DNA from: an uncultured Chloroflexia bacterium
Lineage (GTDB): Bacteria > Chloroflexota > Limnocylindria > Limnocylindrales > CSP1-4
Reading direction: 5' to 3'
Length of the DNA: 64,000 nucleotides
Assembly (NCBI GenBank): GCA_963745405.1
Contig: CAVUWY010000002.1
Coordinates: forward strand, 1,045,013 to 1,109,012
Below, one piece after another: positions 25,105 through 34,405 of this stretch. A program made the translations under genes and the position numbers. Under the pieces are notes generated by a model. The model was not told where the DNA came from. It did not search any database and saw nothing but the letters and a program-made list of their open reading frames with translations. Numbering within the stretch: position 1 is the first letter of the stretch; each line of letters opens with the position of its first letter.

Positions 25105-27016
25105 ATGAGGACTCAGTTGCCGAAGGCCCTGAAGCTCTACATCTCTGGGCTCGTGTCGCCGCTGCAGTTGCAACGGTCGTCACGAGCCTTGTCGTTTCCC
25201 ATCGACCCTCGCATTGCCATCCTCGGCGCGGATGGGTCGGACGCGTTCAGCGGAGGCTGGGTTGGCCTCGCGTTCTGGATCATCGTCACGCTCATGGCCT
25301 CGGCCTTGCCCGTTCGAGATGCCCGGAGGTACTCTGGCTCGCGGTTTCGATTGCGCCGATCATCGCGGCGATGAGCCTTGGCGGGCCGACTGCGGCAGCG
25401 TGGGTCGCCCTGATCGGGTCGACCGAGCTCCGTGAGATACGCGGGCGAATCCCCTGGTACGGAACGCTCGCCAATCACGCCGGGATTGTTCTTCCTGCGA
25501 TCGTCGGGGCCGTCGGTAATGCAGGCGGTCGGGCGGTCGACGCCGGATGCCACGCGTCGACTTCTTCGCGACGATTCTCGGGGCGGCGTGTCTTCTTCGT
25601 TCTGAACCTCGATTCTCGCCTCGTCGCTCAGCGCTCCGGACGCGAGCGACGAGTTCAGACGTGCGATCTGGCTGACGCTCGCGGCTATCGGCAGCCAACT
25701 TTCTCGCACTTGCACCGCTCGCCTGGTTGATGGCGCAGATCTACCAGCTGCCAGGCGTCGGCTGGTGGGCGACGTTGCTGTTCGCGCTGCCGCTGTATAC
25801 GACGCGGGTCGCGCATCACCGGTTCGTCGAGATGCGCGAGATGTTCACCCAGACGATCGAGAGCCTGGCGAACGCGGTCGACAAACGGGATCCGTTCACG
25901 AGCAACCACTCGAAGCGGGTGATGCTGATCGCGAGCGACATCGGGCGCGAGATGAAGTGCAGCGAGTCCGACATGGAGGCGCTCGAGTGGGGCGGGCTGC
26001 TCCACGACATCGGCAAGATCGGCGTCCGCGACGAGATCCTCCTCAAGCAGGAGCGATTGACCAAGGACGAGCGGATGAAGATGAACGCGCATCCCGAGCT
26101 CGGGGCCCAGATCATCGCGCCGGTCCGGCGCCTCGCGCCAGAGCTGCCGATCATCCGACACCACCACGAGTGGTACAACGGCTCGGGCTATCCGGACCGC
26201 CTCATCGGCGACGAGATCCCGCGGCTCGCCCGCATCCTCCACGTCGCCGACGCGTTCGAGGCGATGACCGCCAAGCGGCCTTATCGGATGACACCGCTCA
26301 CCGCCGAACAGGCGCTCGGGGAGCTGCGCAAGTTCGCCGGTGTGCAGTTCGATCCGGTCGTGGTCGACGCATTCGTCCGGACGCCGTGGGTCGACGGCGT
26401 GAGCGATCCCGGCCGCTCGACGGATCTCCGCCCGATCCCGCTGCTCGCCCAGGCCGCGGGGCGTCTCACGGCCTGCCACGGGCAGATCCGAGGCAGGCTC
26501 CGCCTCCGACATCCGCTAGCGCGTGCTGATCCTCGGCGTCGCGCTCGGCCTCGTCGCCGGGTTCCTCCTCGGCGGGGACATCTTCAACCTCCTCGCCAAC
26601 ACGCGGCGCCTGCGCTGGCTCGCCCTTCTTGCCCTCGGCGCGATCGTCCGGTTCGGCACCGAGGCGGCCCTGAATGCCGGCATCGGGATCGCCGACACCC
26701 TCCGACTGCCGTTGTTCGTCTTCGCCTTCTCGCTCCTGCTAGTCGGTTGCTGGGCCAACCGCCGCGAACCGGGCTTCATCATCGCCTTCGTCGGGATCGC
26801 CGCGAACCTCGTGCCGATCGTCGTCAACGGCGGCTACATGCCGATCTGGGAGCCGAGCCTCGTCGCTGCCGGGTTCACGCCCGCCGACGTGCACTCGCAG
26901 TTCCACACGATCCTCCCGCCGCCCCTCGACCTCAACTTCCTCCTCCACGCCGGACCGCTCGGCGACGTCATCCCGATCCCGGTGCCGATCATCCAGAACG
27001 TCGCCTCGATCGGTGA
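25105..27016 (+). pseudogene. HD-GYP domain protein with decayed N-terminal membrane domain
   Basis: The catalytic part is intact in the frame of ORF 25727..27016 (HSKRV, LLHDIGKIG, HHHEWYNGSGYPDRL). The upstream membrane-domain segments are scattered over all three frames between 25105 and 25727 and need at least five frame changes to join. The open frame runs to 27016, but that would overlap the next gene by 494 nt. The authentic stop is probably TAG 26517-26519 or TGA 26527-26529 in another frame. Confidence 0.7.
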
Positions 27017-28682
27017 CTCGTTCCTTGCCGCAGGCCTGGCGTTCTTCGCATTCGCCAGCGTCATCCGTGTGCCGGACCGCGATGGCGCCACCGCCCGGTA
27101 CGGCTCGACGTCCGCCTCGGACACCGGCGCAGGCGCACCTTCGCGCCCGCTCGTGGGCCTGGCCGGAGCGGCCCGCCTGCCGCGGACAGTGGACGAGGCG
27201 GTACGCGGGCAGGGGATCCGCGCCGAGACGGGCCTGACGGCCGGTCTGGCCGAGGCCTCGCTCCTCGAGCGGTCGCTCTTCCTCGGCGGGACCGGGCAGG
27301 GCCTTGCCTCGCCGGCCCTCGCCCCGCTGCCGGGCGAGTTCGAGACCACCGTCCGCGGGGCCCATCCGGCCACGATGATCGGCTCGCTCCCGGGCGCGGT
27401 CGGTCGACAGGTCGGCGGACCGCCGATCACCGCCCGGGCGAGGCGTCAGCCGTACGTCCGACTCGCCCTGAACGGCTCGTTCTCGGCGCTCTGGGTGGGC
27501 CAGCTCATCAGCCTGTTCGGCGACCGGGTCCACCAGGTCGCGCTGGCCTTCCTCGTCCTCCGGGCGACGAACAGCGCGCTCGCGGTCGCCCTCGTGTTCC
27601 TCGCCGCCTCGCTCCCGAACCTCGTCCTCGGGCCCGTGGCGGGGACGTTCGTCGACCGCTGGGACCACCAGGAGGTGATGGTCGTCAGCGACCTCCTCCG
27701 GGGCGCCATCGTCCTGCTCATCCCGATCGCGGCGGTGACGAACCTCGCCCTCGTCTATCCGCTCGTCTTCGGCGTCACCGCGATCTCGCTCTTCTTCCGG
27801 CCGGCCCGGACGGCGATCATCCCCCGCATCGTCGGCGAGGACGACCTCCTCACCGCGAACTCGGCGATGTGGCTGGGCGACACGATGGCCGACATCGTGG
27901 GCTACCCGCTGGCCGGCCTGTTCGTGGCCTTCCTCGGGGCCGGCCTGCCGCTGGCGTTCTGGGTCGATGCCGGGACCTACGTGGCGTCGGCTCTCCTCAT
28001 CGCATCGATGGCGATCCCGCCGCTCCACCGGGCCGCCGGCGCGGCCGCCGAGGCCACGGCCGGCATGTTCGGCCGATTCACGGCCGAGCTTCGTGAGGGC
28101 TGGGACTTCCTCCGCCACGAGACGGTCCTGCTCGCCAACACGCTGCAGGCGACCGTCGCCCAGTTCACCCTCGGCGTCCTTGTCGCCCTCACGGCTGTCT
28201 ACGCCAGCCAGGCCATCCAGCTCGGGACGTGGGACGCGACCGCCGCCTACGCTTTCCTCGAGACGGCCATCGGTGTCGGCAACCTCATCGGCGGGTTCGC
28301 CGTCGGCCTCATCGGGATGCGCCTGGCCAAGGGCCGGATGGTCATCGGGGGCTACGCGGCGTGGGGCCTGTGCGTCGCCCTGCTCGCCGTCGCCGGACAG
28401 CTCCCGCTCGCGATCGGCCTCATGTTCGGTACGGGCGTCGCGAACATGGTCTTCATCATCCCGAGCCAGACGCTGTTCCAGGAGCGGACGCCGGCCGATC
28501 TCATCGGGCGGGTCGTCGGCTTCCGCTTCAGCCTCGTGTTCGGTTCGTCGACCATCGCGATGGCCGTGGCCGGGCTGCTGGCAGGAGTGTTCGGACCGGC
28601 CCCGGTCATCGGCGTGTTCGGGTTGATGACGATGCTCGCCGGCCTGGCCGGACTGCTCGTTCCCTCCGTCCGCGACGCCTGA
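26523..28682 (+). CDS. DUF5317 domain fused to an MFS (MFS_3) transporter
   Basis: The N-terminal ~190 aa match the DUF5317 pattern as recalled (LLGG...NRREPGFIIAFVGIAANLVPIVVNGGYMPI...LGDVIPIP...NVASIGDSFL). A disordered linker of about 130 aa follows, then a 12-TM MFS paralogous to 1..1218. Confidence 0.8.
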   Translation: MLILGVALGLVAGFLLGGDIFNLLANTRRLRWLALLALGAIVRFGTEAALNAGIGIADTLRLPLFVFAFSLLLVGCWANRREPGFIIAFVGIAANLVPIVVNGGYMPIWEPSLVAAGFTPADVHSQFHTILPPPLDLNFLLHAGPLGDVIPIPVPIIQNVASIGDSFLAAGLAFFAFASVIRVPDRDGATARYGSTSASDTGAGAPSRPLVGLAGAARLPRTVDEAVRGQGIRAETGLTAGLAEASLLERSLFLGGTGQGLASPALAPLPGEFETTVRGAHPATMIGSLPGAVGRQVGGPPITARARRQPYVRLALNGSFSALWVGQLISLFGDRVHQVALAFLVLRATNSALAVALVFLAASLPNLVLGPVAGTFVDRWDHQEVMVVSDLLRGAIVLLIPIAAVTNLALVYPLVFGVTAISLFFRPARTAIIPRIVGEDDLLTANSAMWLGDTMADIVGYPLAGLFVAFLGAGLPLAFWVDAGTYVASALLIASMAIPPLHRAAGAAAEATAGMFGRFTAELREGWDFLRHETVLLANTLQATVAQFTLGVLVALTAVYASQAIQLGTWDATAAYAFLETAIGVGNLIGGFAVGLIGMRLAKGRMVIGGYAAWGLCVALLAVAGQLPLAIGLMFGTGVANMVFIIPSQTLFQERTPADLIGRVVGFRFSLVFGSSTIAMAVAGLLAGVFGPAPVIGVFGLMTMLAGLAGLLVPSVRDA

Positions 28683-28830
28683 GGCGTGCCGGCGTGCGAT
28701 TCGAATACACTGGCGCCCGCACGCGAGGGCAGGCGCGTCCACTCGCGACCCGAGCGGCCCATCCGCGTTCCGAGCGACCCGATCGGTCGCCGCTGCCGGC
28801 CCACCACCCCAGAGGAGTGACTCCGACCCC

Positions 28831-29561
28831 ATGACCGACCGCGAGAAGGGCTCGCCGCTCGACGAGACGCCGGGCGCCGACCCGACCGACGAGGCCCCTC
28901 AGGACGAGGCTCCCGAGGACGAGGCGCCCGAGGACGAAGCGCCCGAGGACGAAGCGCCCGAGGCGAGGGGGACGAGGGGGACGACGACGAGTCGGTCGAG
29001 GACGACGAGGGCGAGGCCGAGGACCAAGACGAAAGCGCCCCCGGCGACGGCTCGACCGCGGCGGTCTACCCGCTGGGTGAGGAAACCACGCTCGAAGCGG
29101 CCGACGACGCGGTCCGCGACGAGGGGATCGCGACAGCCGCTGCGGCCGCGGAGCGGGCGGCCGGTCGACCGGCACCGAGCGCGGCGGCGATCTCGGCTGC
29201 CGAGCGAGCCGTCCACATCGACGACCGCATCTCGAAGTTCTTCGTGATCGGGATCGTCGTGACGTTCATCGGGATCGTCCTGTACGGGATGCTCGGCGGC
29301 GTCGGTGGCACCTTGACCCCGATCGCCACGCCCCCTCCGCCGCCGACGGAAGCCCCGTCACCGAGCGCCTCCGAGAGCGCCGCGCCATCCGAATCGCCAT
29401 CGGTCAACCCGACCATCACGCCGGTCCCGACGCCGAACCCCTCGTTCGTCTTCCCGAGCCCGACCGCGTCCCCGTCGGCAGCGCCGTCGGAGTCGCCGGC
29501 CGCGTCCCCGTCGGGCTCTCCCGAGGCCCCATCGCCGTCGGCGTCACCGGCGGCCTCCTGA
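28831..29561 (+). pseudogene. acidic-repeat / single-TM / Pro-Ser-rich membrane protein split by one frame disruption
   Basis: ATG 28831 (AGAGGAG upstream) opens MTDREKGSPLDE...(EAPED)n. The product continues in the frame of ORF 29244..29561 as EGDEGDDDESVEDDEGEAEDQDE...RISKFFVIGIVVTFIGIVLYGML...PPPPPTEAPSPSAS. That frame has no start codon before 29244. Confidence 0.55.
28891..28964 (+). repeat. 15-bp coding tandem repeat, about 5 copies (EAPED)
   Basis: gaggcccctcaggac / gaggctcccgaggac / gaggcgcccgaggac / gaagcgcccgaggac / gaagcgcccgaggc. The frame disruption lies at the end of the last unit. Confidence 0.85.
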
Positions 29562-29631
29562 CCCGAGCGGAGCCGAGCGCGCCCACCGCCTCGCGCGAGC
29601 GGTCGGCAGGCGTCGGTATACTCGGCCGGCC

Positions 29632-30720
29632 ATGACCCACGTCTTCGTCGCGCCCCACCCCGACGACGTCGCGCTCTCGTGTGGCGGGCTCATCGCGGGG
29701 CTTCGCGAGCTCGGCCAGAACGTGACGATCCTCACCGTCTTCTCGGGCGACGGCGAGATGACGAACCTCAGTCCGTATCAGCGCGAGGCACTCGGCTTCG
29801 GGTCGAAGGCCATCTGGCCGAATACCGAGGCGTTCAACCGGACGAGCATCCGCTCCGACTACCCGGCTCATCCCGACCCCGACGACACGCTGCCGCCGTG
29901 GCAGGCGACGACCGACCGCCTCGACGCGACTCAGTCGTTCGCGGACGCCGAGGCGAAGCGGTTCTGGCAGCGCTCGTCGTGGTACCGGCGGGCGGAGATC
30001 CACAACGTCCCGCTGGGCGGCGAGCCACTCATCGACGAGCAGCCGAACCAGGGCGCCGTCATGACCGAGGAGCTCATGGACGCTGCCGAGGCCGGCGACC
30101 CCACGGCCGCCCGGCGCCTCGAGGACGAGCGGTTCGCCCTGTTCGCAGAGGCGTCCCTCGTCCTGCTCGACCTGCCGGACGCGGTCTTCCGCGGCTACGA
30201 GTCCGACGACGAGCTCCTCGGCAGCCCGCGGATCGACGACGATCCGGCGCTCGAGGCCGTCCGTCGCGAGATCGTCCGCCTCGAGCCGCAGAAGGTCTAC
30301 CTGCCGCTCGGCGTCGGCGACCACGTCGACCACCAGCTCATCCGGCGGGTGGGGATGTCGCTCCTGGCCGACGGACGGCGCTGGGTGATGCCGGGGCCCG
30401 AGTGGGCGGGCATCGTGACGTTCTACGAGGACTTCCCGTACTCGTGGTGGCGCGGCTTCTCGAAGCTCGACGACCTGCCGGCCGAGGCCCGGGCCGAGAT
30501 CCCGGACGGCGTCTCGCTGTGGGCCGAGTACGCCGACATCATCGACCAGGTCGAGCGCAAGATCACCGGTATCAGCCTCTACGAGAGTCAGCTCGATCGC
30601 CTCTTCGGGGGCCGCCTCAAGATGGCCGATGCGACCCGCCGCGAGGCCCGCCGCATCGCCGAGCTCGGCGGCCTCGAGGGCTCGTTCGCCGAGCGCTACT
30701 GGACCTCGGTCCGCGTCTGA
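29632..30720 (+). CDS. PIG-L family deacetylase (LmbE-like) with a large insertion
   Basis: VFVAPHPDDVALSCGG at the N-terminus and GDHVDHQ later. Listed 362-aa ORF. Confidence 0.85.
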   Translation: MTHVFVAPHPDDVALSCGGLIAGLRELGQNVTILTVFSGDGEMTNLSPYQREALGFGSKAIWPNTEAFNRTSIRSDYPAHPDPDDTLPPWQATTDRLDATQSFADAEAKRFWQRSSWYRRAEIHNVPLGGEPLIDEQPNQGAVMTEELMDAAEAGDPTAARRLEDERFALFAEASLVLLDLPDAVFRGYESDDELLGSPRIDDDPALEAVRREIVRLEPQKVYLPLGVGDHVDHQLIRRVGMSLLADGRRWVMPGPEWAGIVTFYEDFPYSWWRGFSKLDDLPAEARAEIPDGVSLWAEYADIIDQVERKITGISLYESQLDRLFGGRLKMADATRREARRIAELGGLEGSFAERYWTSVRV

Positions 30721-30790
30721 CCCTCCGGCCCGGCCGGGCCAGGACCAACGGGGCGGGGCCGGACTCGACGGCCATTCCTATCATCGTGCG

Positions 30791-31684
30791 GTGGTGATCG
30801 ACTCGTCGAGGGCGTTCGGCCTCCGACTGCGTGCGCTCTCGATCCGGTATCGGAACCCGCTCCTGCTCGGCCTGTCGATCGGCGGGGTGATCCTCACCGT
30901 CGGCCTGTTCCGCATCGCGGGCACGCCCGGCTTCGACCTGTACGCCTACTGGGCGGTCGATCCGCTCGATCCGTACGGCGCGACGGGCGGCTTCGGAGCC
31001 TTCCACTACAGCCCGGTCCTCGCTGTGGCGTTCCTGCCGCTCAAGCTCCTGCCGTGGCCGGCCGTCTACTGGGTCTGGTTCGCCATCCTCGTGGGCGTCC
31101 TCATCTGGCTCACCCGCTGGTGGGCGCTCGCGTCGCTCCTCTTCGTGCCGGTCGCCCTCGAGCTGTACGAGGGCAACATCCACCTCCTCATCGCCGCCGC
31201 GGTCGTCCTCGGGCTGCGCTGGCCGGCTGCCTGGTCGTTCCTCCTCCTGACCAAGATCACCCCCGGCGTGACCGTCGTCTGGTTCGCCGTCCGCGGGGAG
31301 TGGCGCTCATTGCTTGTGACGCTCGCGTTCACGGCCACCTTCGTCGCCGCGAGCTTCATCGCGATGCCCGAGGTGTGGCGCTCGTGGATCGCCCACCTCA
31401 CGGTCGCCGAGCCCGTCACGACGCCCAATCAGATCCCGATCCCCCTCCTCGTGCGCCTCCCGATCGCCGTCCTCGTCATCGCCTGGGGCGCCCGCACGAA
31501 TCGGCCGTGGACCCTCGCCGTCGGGACGACGCTGGCCCTCCCCGTCGTCTGGTTCCACGGCCTGGCGGTGCTCATCGCGATCCCGGCCCTGCTCGATGCC
31601 CGCCGGACGCGCGTCGCTCCGGTCGCCGCCTGGTTCGGCGGCCTCGCCTCCCGGCCGAAGGTCAGGCGGCCAGACCCTGCTTGA
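30791..31684 (+). CDS. GT87/DUF2029-like GT-C membrane glycosyltransferase
   Basis: A polytopic protein and close paralogue of 47043..47933 (LLFVPVALELYEGNIHLLIAAAVVLGLRWPAAWSFLLLTKITPG vs LLFQPVVASIALGNIEILIAAAIVAGFRWPATWSFVLLSKVTPG). The GTG start is uncertain. Confidence 0.8.
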   Translation: MVIDSSRAFGLRLRALSIRYRNPLLLGLSIGGVILTVGLFRIAGTPGFDLYAYWAVDPLDPYGATGGFGAFHYSPVLAVAFLPLKLLPWPAVYWVWFAILVGVLIWLTRWWALASLLFVPVALELYEGNIHLLIAAAVVLGLRWPAAWSFLLLTKITPGVTVVWFAVRGEWRSLLVTLAFTATFVAASFIAMPEVWRSWIAHLTVAEPVTTPNQIPIPLLVRLPIAVLVIAWGARTNRPWTLAVGTTLALPVVWFHGLAVLIAIPALLDARRTRVAPVAAWFGGLASRPKVRRPDPA

Positions 31685-32648
31685 CCGGGCCGTCGAGCGG
31701 CGCCTCCTTGGCGGCGGCCGGCTGGCGGTGCTCGGAGCCCGGGGCGACCAGGGCGATCAGGAGCGCCGGCGTCTGGAATCCGATCGCCGGTGAACCGAGG
31801 ACCATCGTGAGGACGGCCACCCGGTACGACAGGGCCGCGTTCTTCCGCGTCAGGAGGATCGCGATGCAGCCGACGACTTCGGCGATCGTGGTGGCCGCGC
31901 CGATATGGGTCATCCCACTCAGGCTCCACGGCTGGGGAACGGCGGAGCGGAGCACGTCGAGGTAGGCGAGGTGAGCGTCGATCCCGGCGCCCGCGATACC
32001 GACGACCAGGCCGACGACGACGGCTCCGGCGCACCAGGCGAGCGCCCGCCAGTTCCGCTGGCCGATGAGCCAGAAGACGAACACCGCCGGGGTGATCTTG
32101 AGGATGACCATGAGCCCGACGAGCGCACCGATCCACGGCCGGTCCCGGTAGACCCAGCAGATGACCATCCCGGCGACGAAGAACCCGGCGATGTTGCCGA
32201 TCGTCAGCTGGAGGCCGATCCCGATGGAGCAGGCAGCGACGATCGCGATAGCCGCCGGCCGGAGCCCGCGGAGCACGTAGAACACCGCCCACAACATCGC
32301 GATCGCGTCGGCGACGAGAAAGATCACAATGCCGCTCATGGCGGGCAGGGCCGCGAGCGGCCGCCACAGCACGCCGATGAGGGGCGGATAGAGGAGCGGC
32401 GCCGTCCAGTACGGTGGATTGGCGGCGACGTACCGATCGCCCGCCTGCAGCGCGTACAGGAGGTGGCCGGCATTCAGCCGCTCACCGGCGGCGAGATACG
32501 TGATCGCGTCGTAGCCGACCTGGGCGAACAGCCCCGTGACGAGAACCCAGATCATGACCGCGGCGAGAGCCAGGACCGCCTCGACCCGCAGGATCCGGAC
32601 GCGGGATCGATCTCTCGGCTCGGGCCCAGCGCCGGCGGCAGCGGTCAT
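31662..32648 (-). CDS. GT87/DUF2029-like GT-C membrane glycosyltransferase
   Basis: Carries DAITYLAAGERLNAGHLLYA, NPPYWTAPLLYPP and a KITPAVF segment. The start is the ATG at 32648, 11 nt after the epimerase stop. Confidence 0.8.
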   Translation of the reverse strand: MTAAAGAGPEPRDRSRVRILRVEAVLALAAVMIWVLVTGLFAQVGYDAITYLAAGERLNAGHLLYALQAGDRYVAANPPYWTAPLLYPPLIGVLWRPLAALPAMSGIVIFLVADAIAMLWAVFYVLRGLRPAAIAIVAACSIGIGLQLTIGNIAGFFVAGMVICWVYRDRPWIGALVGLMVILKITPAVFVFWLIGQRNWRALAWCAGAVVVGLVVGIAGAGIDAHLAYLDVLRSAVPQPWSLSGMTHIGAATTIAEVVGCIAILLTRKNAALSYRVAVLTMVLGSPAIGFQTPALLIALVAPGSEHRQPAAAKEAPLDGPVKQGLAA

Positions 32649-32659
32649 GAGATCGTGTC

Positions 32660-33670
32660 TCAGGTCGCCGTCGCGGCGGGCGCTGCCTCGGCTCCGACGG
32701 TCGTTCCCGTTGCTGCGAAGCCGGCCTCGAGGAACCACTCCGCCGTCCGGTCGAGACCGCGCTGCATCCGGACCTGGGGGACCCAGTGGAGCATCCGCCG
32801 GGCCTTCTCGATGTTCACGACACGGCGCCGGATGTTGTCGATGTCGCGGCGATCGAGGCTCTTGACCGTGATCTCCCGGTCCGTCGCGATGCCGATCATC
32901 TTCGCCAGGTCGGCGACGGACGTCTCGATGCCTGTCCCGACGTTGAAGACCTCGCCCTCCGCCCGCGGGTGGATCGCGGCGAGGAGCGTCGCCTCGACCG
33001 CGTCGTCGATGTAGGTGAAGTCGCGGGTCTGCAGGCCGTCGCCGTGGATCTGGAGCGGCTCCCCGGCGTAGGCGCTGGTGAGGAACTTGCTGACGACCCC
33101 GCAGTACGGATTGTCGGGGCGCTGGCCCGGTCCGAAGATGTTCGAGTAGCGGACGACCGATATCGGCAGGCCGTAGCTCTCGTAGAAGGCGAGGCAGTAG
33201 TGCTCGCCGCCGAGCTTGCTCACGGCGTACGGGCTGAGCGGCACGACGCCGTCGTCCTCGTTGATGGGGATCGAGCGCGGGTTGCCGTAGATCGACGTCG
33301 ACGAGCTGTAGACGACCCGCTCCGTGCGCGCCTCGCGGGCCGCCATCAGCACGTTGAGCGTGCCGCCGATGTTGGTCGCGAAGTCGTCCCGCGGGTTCTT
33401 CGTGCTGGCGATGATGTTGCGGGCGGCGAGGTGGAAGACGAGCGAGTTGGCGGTGACGAGCTCCTTGACGAGCGCCTCGTCGTTGACCGAGCCCTGGACG
33501 AACTGGGCGGCGGCCGGGATCGTCTCCGCAAGGCCGGTGAACAGGTCGTCGAGGACGGTGACCTTCGCGCCCGCGTCGACGAGCCGCCGAACCACCGCGC
33601 CGCCGACGAAGCCCGCCCCACCCGTGACGAGGATCCGCCGGCCGCCGAACGAGCGTTCCATCGACATCAT
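32660..33670 (-). CDS. NAD-dependent sugar epimerase/dehydratase (extended SDR)
   Basis: ILVTGGAGFVGG (GxxGxxG) and YAVSKLGGE (YxxxK). The ATG at 33670 forms an ATGA overlap with the restored GT2 stop. It is listed as the C-terminal part of a 619-aa fusion ORF. Confidence 0.88.
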   Translation of the reverse strand: MMSMERSFGGRRILVTGGAGFVGGAVVRRLVDAGAKVTVLDDLFTGLAETIPAAAQFVQGSVNDEALVKELVTANSLVFHLAARNIIASTKNPRDDFATNIGGTLNVLMAAREARTERVVYSSSTSIYGNPRSIPINEDDGVVPLSPYAVSKLGGEHYCLAFYESYGLPISVVRYSNIFGPGQRPDNPYCGVVSKFLTSAYAGEPLQIHGDGLQTRDFTYIDDAVEATLLAAIHPRAEGEVFNVGTGIETSVADLAKMIGIATDREITVKSLDRRDIDNIRRRVVNIEKARRMLHWVPQVRMQRGLDRTAEWFLEAGFAATGTTVGAEAAPAATAT

Positions 33671-34405
33671 CGCTTCACCCCGGTGCGGAGGAGGATGGCC
33701 GGCCGGAAGAGCCGCCACCAGTCGCGGACGCCGCGCATCTTCGTGTAGCCCTCCTTGGCGTGATAGACCACCGTGCACGGGTACTCGATGAGCCGGTAAC
33801 CGCGCCGGATCGCCTTGTACAGCACGTACGGCTCGAGGTCGTAGCTCGTCGAGCCAGGCCTGGCCGATGTCGATCTTGGGGTCGTCGAGGATGCTCGCCC
33901 GGAAGACCCGGAAGCCGTTCGTGGCGTCGGTCACCCGGCGGAAGGCGAGGACGCTGAAGACGGCCGAGTAGAGCCGCGTCCCGAAGCTCCGGCCGCCGGT
34001 CGCGCCGACGACCGCGCCTCCCCGCATCCAGCGGGAACCCTGGACGTAGTCCGCGTCCGCGGCGAGCAGCGCGTCGAACGCCCCGACCAGCTCGGCGGGG
34101 ACGTGCTGGTCGTCGCCGGAGAGGAGGGCGAGGTACGGCCGGCCGCGGTTCATCCCCGCGTACCAGCCGTCGCGGATGGCCGCCCCGACGCCGCCGCGCA
34201 CTTCGTGGCGGATGACGAGGGCGGCACCGTGGGCCCGGGCCTCGTCGCCGGTGCCGTCGGTCGAGCCGTCGTCGACGACGATCGCCTCGAAGCGCCCGTC
34301 GCGGGGCAGCTTGTCGAGGACGCGGCCGATCTTGCCGGCCTCGTTGAGAGCCGGGATGACGACGGCGACGATCGGTTCGGGATGTTCAGAGGCGGGCGTG
34401 GTCAA
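33667..34405 (-). pseudogene. GT2 polyprenyl-phosphate-sugar synthase-like glycosyltransferase with +1 frame disruption
   Basis: VAVVIPALNE and VVDDGSTDGT are followed up to ...IDIGQAWLDE. An extra base at about 33844 then throws out the conserved tail YDLEPYVLYKAIRRGYRLIEYPCTVVYHAKEGYTKMRGVRDWWRLFRP...KR-stop (33669-33667). As sequenced, the N-terminal part reads through into the epimerase frame. The start (TTG 34405 or ATG 34519) is uncertain. Confidence 0.75.

Noticed and set aside
26519-27016. C-terminal extension of the HD-GYP ORF to 27016
   Set aside because: It would overlap the DUF5317-MFS gene by 494 nt. The extension is Arg/Pro-rich with no domain features, whereas the DUF5317 N-terminus at 26523 fits its family.
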